Assembly: GCF_002310835.1 (NCBI RefSeq)
Contig: NZ_CP011041.1
Coordinates: forward strand, 2,280,001 to 2,312,000
Reading direction: 5' to 3'
Length of the DNA stretch: 32,000 nucleotides
Source of the DNA: Pseudoalteromonas tetraodonis
GTDB taxonomy: Bacteria; Pseudomonadota; Gammaproteobacteria; Enterobacterales; Alteromonadaceae
In this document: piece after piece, positions 27,839 to 32,000 of the stretch
How the letters are laid out: each line of letters begins with the position of its first letter
Position numbering within the stretch: position 1 is the first letter of the stretch
Position numbers and translations under genes: made by a program
Notes under the pieces: generated by a model
Databases searched by the model: none
What the model saw: only the letters and a program-made list of their open reading frames with translations
Told to the model about the DNA's origin: nothing

Positions 27839-30457
27839 GTGGCATTACCTAACAAAGTAAAAAAGTTGCTCAATGATGCTCAGCAACTTAGCGAATACCG
27901 CGATTGCTCCGCCTATTTTTATAAATGGTTGCATAATGAATTCTCAAAACAACCCGTTGGTAATCTAATAAACGCCCGTGCAGAATTTATAGACCGGTTA
28001 CTGATTAAACTCTTTCATGTTTTCGATTTAGCCCACGAGCCAGATCTCGCTTTAATTGCTGTAGGAGGTTATGGTCGCGGTGAACTTCATCCCTACTCCG
28101 ACATTGACTTTTTACTGCTTGTTACCCAGCAACCCAATGACGATATTTGCGAAAAAATTGGCCAGTTTGTCACTATGCTATGGGATCTTAATTTAGAAAT
28201 AGGTCACAGTGTACGCACCATTGAACAAGCCATAGAGCAAAAACGTGAAGATGTTACCTTTGCCACCAGCCTACTAGAAAGCCGATTAATTTTCGGCAAC
28301 CATATTGAATTCGAAAAGCTCAAAAGTCACCTCATCGAAAGGCCTGTATGGGGCTCTGGAGAGTTCTTTGTTGCAAAAGTACAAGAGCAAAATTTACGCC
28401 ATAAAAAATGTCATGGTACGGCTTATAATCTAGAGCCTAATATAAAAGAAAATCCAGGCGGGCTGCGCGATTTACAAACCATTATTTGGGTTGCAAAAAA
28501 ACACTTTAGAGCCGAAACCCTGCAAGAGCTGATAAATCACGGCTACCTAACTCACGAAGAATACCAAGAACTGTTAGAGTGCCTTGAAAATTTATGGAAT
28601 ATTCGCTTTGCTTTGCATTTAGCCGCGGGTCGCTCAGAAAACCGTTTATTGTTTGATCACCAGCCGCAAGCGGCTGAAATTTTGGGTTTTGGTAGTGATG
28701 GAAAAGCCTCTGTTGAGCGCATGATGAAACGCTTGTTCAGAATAATGAGCCGGGTGCGTGAACTTAATCAAATGCTACTTTCGTACTTTGAGCAAAGTAT
28801 TTCGCCAGACAGCAGCCAAGCCACCGTTGAAGAGCTTGACCGCAATTTTGAACGCGTGGGCCATCAAATTCGGGTAAAAAGTCCGTCAGTATTTTTTAGG
28901 CGTGACCAACTTTTTGTATTATTTGAGCACATTGCTGATCACCCAGAAATTACCCATATATACCCAAGTACCATTCGAACTATCCGCCAAGTACGTCGTC
29001 GCTTATTAGGTGACTTACAAGATTATGCCGCGTGCCGCGAAGCTTTTTTACGCATTATAAAGCACCCTAACGGCATGGGCCGTGCGTTTACGCTGATGCA
29101 TAAGCACGGCATGATTGCGGCTTACCTTCCGCAGTGGCGCAATATTTTTGGCCAAATGCAGTTTGATTTGTTTCATGCCTATACCGTAGATGAACATACC
29201 CATAAATTAATTAATAATATTTACCAATACTTCGATAAAACCAGCATTAGTGACTTTCCAATTTGCAGTGAAATAGTTACGCGCATGGATAAACCCGAAT
29301 TACTGTATTTGGCTGGTATTTTTCATGATATTGCTAAGGGGCGTGGTGGCGATCACTCAGAGCTGGGCGCTGTTGATGCCATAGCGTTTTCAAAGCTGCA
29401 TGGCTTTGCCTCTTCAGATGGTAAGCTCATAGCGTGGTTGGTAAGCAACCACTTACTTATGTCGGTAACTGCGCAACGTAAAGATATTAACGACCCCGAT
29501 GTAATAAAAGATTTTGCATCGCGAGTAAAAACCGAACGCCAACTCGATTACCTCTATTGTTTAACCGTGGCTGATATTCGAGCCACCAATGACAACCTAT
29601 GGAATGACTGGAAAAACACGCTGCTGCGCGAGCTTTATTTGCACACACAGCGCGCCTTGCGCCTCGGGCTTGAAAACCCAATGGATCAACGCGACCAAAT
29701 TCGTGATAAAAAGCACCAAGCTAAGCAACGCCTGCTTAATTTGCATTATCACGAGGAGCAAATTGACTTAATTTGGAGCCGTTTTAAAGCAAATTACTTT
29801 ACCGCTTTTAGTGAGCAACAAATTTCTTGGCATACTGAGCACTTACTCAAGTGCACTGATTTAAGCCAGCCCAGTGTTATCGTTTCTAATAAAGCGATGC
29901 ATGGCGGTACCCAAGTGTTTGCTTATAGCCCCTATTCAGGTGCTCTCTTTGCTCGACTGGTAAGTGTTATTGGCTCTAAAAAAGCGCAAATTCAGCACGC
30001 CCAAGTACTGACCACCAAAGATGGCTACGTACTGTTCAACTTTGTTATTTTAGAAGTTAACGGCGATCCGATTGCCAGTAGCCGCGCACAATCGATTAAA
30101 CGCGGATTAGAGCAAGCGCTTCATGATCCACGTAAAAAAATACGCTTTAAAAAGAGCCGATCACAGCGTTTTAAAGACTTTAATATTAAACCTAAAATTG
30201 TACTGCGCCCGCACCCTCGTAAGGATCGTAGCTTAATAGAAATTCAAGCGGTTGATATACCTGGACTATTAACTAAAATAGCCGAGGTTTTTCAAGCTTA
30301 CTTACTCCACATACATGCCGCACGTATTACCACGGTAGGCGAACGTGCAGAAGATTTCTTTGTGGTATCAAATAACGAATATCAAGCGCTGACTGATGAA
30401 GAGCAAGCAAAAATTCATCAGGCATTACGTAAAAAACTCAACGCCGAAATTGAATAA
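27839..30457 (+). CDS. glnD: Bifunctional [protein-PII] uridylyltransferase / uridylyl-removing enzyme
   Basis: 872-aa ORF with a GTG start after the RBS AGGAG. It has the nucleotidyltransferase motif AVGGYGRGELHPYSDIDFLLL, the HD domain FHDIAKGRGGDHS and two C-terminal ACT domains. Confidence 0.95.
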   Translation: MALPNKVKKLLNDAQQLSEYRDCSAYFYKWLHNEFSKQPVGNLINARAEFIDRLLIKLFHVFDLAHEPDLALIAVGGYGRGELHPYSDIDFLLLVTQQPNDDICEKIGQFVTMLWDLNLEIGHSVRTIEQAIEQKREDVTFATSLLESRLIFGNHIEFEKLKSHLIERPVWGSGEFFVAKVQEQNLRHKKCHGTAYNLEPNIKENPGGLRDLQTIIWVAKKHFRAETLQELINHGYLTHEEYQELLECLENLWNIRFALHLAAGRSENRLLFDHQPQAAEILGFGSDGKASVERMMKRLFRIMSRVRELNQMLLSYFEQSISPDSSQATVEELDRNFERVGHQIRVKSPSVFFRRDQLFVLFEHIADHPEITHIYPSTIRTIRQVRRRLLGDLQDYAACREAFLRIIKHPNGMGRAFTLMHKHGMIAAYLPQWRNIFGQMQFDLFHAYTVDEHTHKLINNIYQYFDKTSISDFPICSEIVTRMDKPELLYLAGIFHDIAKGRGGDHSELGAVDAIAFSKLHGFASSDGKLIAWLVSNHLLMSVTAQRKDINDPDVIKDFASRVKTERQLDYLYCLTVADIRATNDNLWNDWKNTLLRELYLHTQRALRLGLENPMDQRDQIRDKKHQAKQRLLNLHYHEEQIDLIWSRFKANYFTAFSEQQISWHTEHLLKCTDLSQPSVIVSNKAMHGGTQVFAYSPYSGALFARLVSVIGSKKAQIQHAQVLTTKDGYVLFNFVILEVNGDPIASSRAQSIKRGLEQALHDPRKKIRFKKSRSQRFKDFNIKPKIVLRPHPRKDRSLIEIQAVDIPGLLTKIAEVFQAYLLHIHAARITTVGERAEDFFVVSNNEYQALTDEEQAKIHQALRKKLNAEIE

Positions 30458-30466
30458 GAGGACACT

Positions 30467-31294
30467 ATGTCAGATTTAAAAACCATGATTGAAAATGCGT
30501 GGGATAACCGCGACAGCATTAGCCCTGCTACAGTATCAAGCGATGTTAAACAAGCGATTATAGATGCGCTTGAGCTATTAGATAGCGGCGCTGCTCGCGT
30601 TGCAGAGAAAATTTCAGGCGAATGGGTTGTTCACCAGTGGCTTAAAAAAGCAGTACTACTTTCATTTAGAATTCGTGAAAATCAGCCAATGAACGACGGC
30701 GTAAACCAATTTTACGATAAAGTACCGCTTAAATTTAGCGACTACACGCCGGAGCAATTTCAGCAAGGCGGCATGCGTGTCGTACCCAACGCCGTTGCTC
30801 GTAAAGGCAGCTTTGTAGGTAAAAATGTCGTATTAATGCCATCGTACGTAAACATAGGTGCATTTGTTGACGATGGCACCATGGTTGATACATGGGCGAC
30901 AGTGGGCTCATGTGCTCAAATTGGCAAGAACGTACACTTATCTGGCGGCGTAGGCATAGGCGGCGTTTTAGAGCCGTTACAAGCGAATCCTACCATCATT
31001 GAAGACAACTGTTTTATTGGCGCACGTTCAGAAATTGTTGAAGGCGTAATTGTTGAAGAAGGCGCCGTTATTTCAATGGGGGTTTACATTAGCCAAAGTA
31101 CCCGTATTTACGACCGTGAAACCGGTGAAATTCACTATGGCCGTGTGCCTGCCGGCGCTGTTGTGGTTCCAGGTGCACTGCCTTCAAAAGATGGCAGCCA
31201 TAGCTTGTATGCGGCTATTATTGTGAAAAAAGTAGATAAACAAACTCGCGAAAAAGTGGGCATTAATGCCCTACTGCGCTCGATTGATGAGTAA
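30467..31294 (+). CDS. dapD: 2,3,4,5-tetrahydropyridine-2,6-dicarboxylate N-succinyltransferase
   Basis: 275-aa ORF colinear with E. coli DapD, with a hexapeptide-repeat core. Conserved synteny map-glnD-dapD supports it. Confidence 0.96.
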   Translation: MSDLKTMIENAWDNRDSISPATVSSDVKQAIIDALELLDSGAARVAEKISGEWVVHQWLKKAVLLSFRIRENQPMNDGVNQFYDKVPLKFSDYTPEQFQQGGMRVVPNAVARKGSFVGKNVVLMPSYVNIGAFVDDGTMVDTWATVGSCAQIGKNVHLSGGVGIGGVLEPLQANPTIIEDNCFIGARSEIVEGVIVEEGAVISMGVYISQSTRIYDRETGEIHYGRVPAGAVVVPGALPSKDGSHSLYAAIIVKKVDKQTREKVGINALLRSIDE

Positions 31295-31376
31295 TACGGT
31301 GCTTGGGTTGAGTGAAACGAAACCCAACGATACTTTTAAAGTTAAGTACGTTAGCTAAACTTTAATTGAATCTTTA

Positions 31377-31418
31377 AAAGCCTTAAACCCTTCTGGGTTT
31401 AAGGCTTTTTTGTTTTTT
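31377..31418 (+). terminator. Strong rho-independent terminator after dapD
   Basis: A 14-bp perfect stem pairs AAAGCCTTAAACCC (31377-31390) with GGGTTTAAGGCTTT (31395-31408) around loop TTCT. The run continues as TTTTTTGTTTTTT. Confidence 0.88.
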
Positions 31419-31465
31419 AGCTATAGCAGATAGCCACATCGTTGAGTATGCTCATCGCAATTGCG

Positions 31466-31494
31466 TTGCTTTGTTAGATGCCTACAACTATAGT
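31466..31494 (+). promoter_or_regulatory. Candidate sigma70 promoter for the downstream partial gene
   Basis: TTGCTT (31466-31471), a 17-nt spacer, then TATAGT (31489-31494). This is a sequence match only. Confidence 0.3.
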
Positions 31495-31530
31495 GAATTA
31501 ACGCATAGTTCGATTGTCGAGGTTAAGTTG

Positions 31531-32000
31531 TTGCGGCTTTTTGTAATAAGTTGGTTGATATTATTATGTTCAAAACACGTCTTTGCTAATGACTTCAATA
31601 CCTTTGAAAAAAAATTAGACGAAGCCGAAGATTATCTTACTGTTAATCCAGCTCAATCTATTACTATTTTAGAAAACCTCACAGGGTTACAACTCATGCC
31701 ACCAGAATTATTTATCCGCTGGCACCTTATCTATGCCCGTACAGCAGTACCTACAAGTCACTATGACGAGCTTTATACATCGATTGACGCAATATTTCAG
31801 CATCATCAAACTGATTATTTCAAACAAAAACTGACCACCATTATGAGTGCCTTGGGAATATGGCTTCGCCATGCAGAATATTTAGACGATGCCCAGTACT
31901 CATTTAAATGTGCTTACAAATATGCGCAAAACGATCGTCAACGCTTAACGCTCACCAACAGTATGGCATTGGTTGCTCGCTCGCAAGATGACTTTGCAAA
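31531..32000 (+). CDS. Partial (5' end) secreted or periplasmic protein of unknown function, running off the window
   Basis: This frame is open from 31387 to the window end and is not in the ORF track because it has no stop. There is no in-frame ATG near the 5' end. TTG at 31531 or 31528 follows GAGG (31519-31522). It encodes a signal-peptide-like N-terminus, (M)RLFVISWLILLCSKHVFA|NDF, then helical, possibly TPR-like sequence. I do not recognise the family. Confidence 0.45.
   Translation, partial: MRLFVISWLILLCSKHVFANDFNTFEKKLDEAEDYLTVNPAQSITILENLTGLQLMPPELFIRWHLIYARTAVPTSHYDELYTSIDAIFQHHQTDYFKQKLTTIMSALGIWLRHAEYLDDAQYSFKCAYKYAQNDRQRLTLTNSMALVARSQDDFA

Noticed and set aside
5231-29771. Remaining short antisense ORFs in the track (5231..5416, 5465..5680 and 5966..6169 in lpxB; 8961..9239; 10120..10338; 15396..15596; 16623..16928; 17073..17339; 18705..18917; 19849..20043; 21511..21723; 23564..23875; 24953..25249; 25590..25859; 27210..27437; 29487..29681; 29589..29771)
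   Set aside because: All are 60-103 aa and sit inside or overlap conserved genes, most on the opposite strand (29589..29771 is an alternate frame on the glnD strand). None has an RBS or a recognisable motif.

Overview
This window is a syntenic gammaproteobacterial housekeeping locus. It is AT-rich and its proteins look Alteromonadales/Pseudoalteromonas-like, but that placement is from memory, not a search. On the minus strand it carries accA, dnaE, rnhB and lpxB, then lpxA, fabZ, lpxD, skp, bamA, rseP, dxr, cdsA, uppS, frr, pyrH, tsf and rpsB. On the plus strand it carries map, glnD, dapD and the 5' end of a secreted protein gene. The one clear departure from the canonical layout is a ~7.3 kb block between lpxB and lpxA. 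That block holds cydA-cydB-cydX-cydD-cydC (cytochrome bd oxidase plus its ABC assembly exporter in one translationally coupled operon) and a convergent RlpA-like lipoprotein gene. I found no tRNA, rRNA, CRISPR array, transposase, integrase, toxin-antitoxin or recognisable defence genes. I see no convincing evidence for a novel multi-gene system, so this reads as an ordinary core region. The most useful extras are a 54-aa cydX gene missing from the ORF track, several intrinsic terminators, the rpsB extended -10 promoter and leader, and a few unexplained palindromes and non-coding stretches. All homology statements come from recognising protein sequences by eye; no database search was run.
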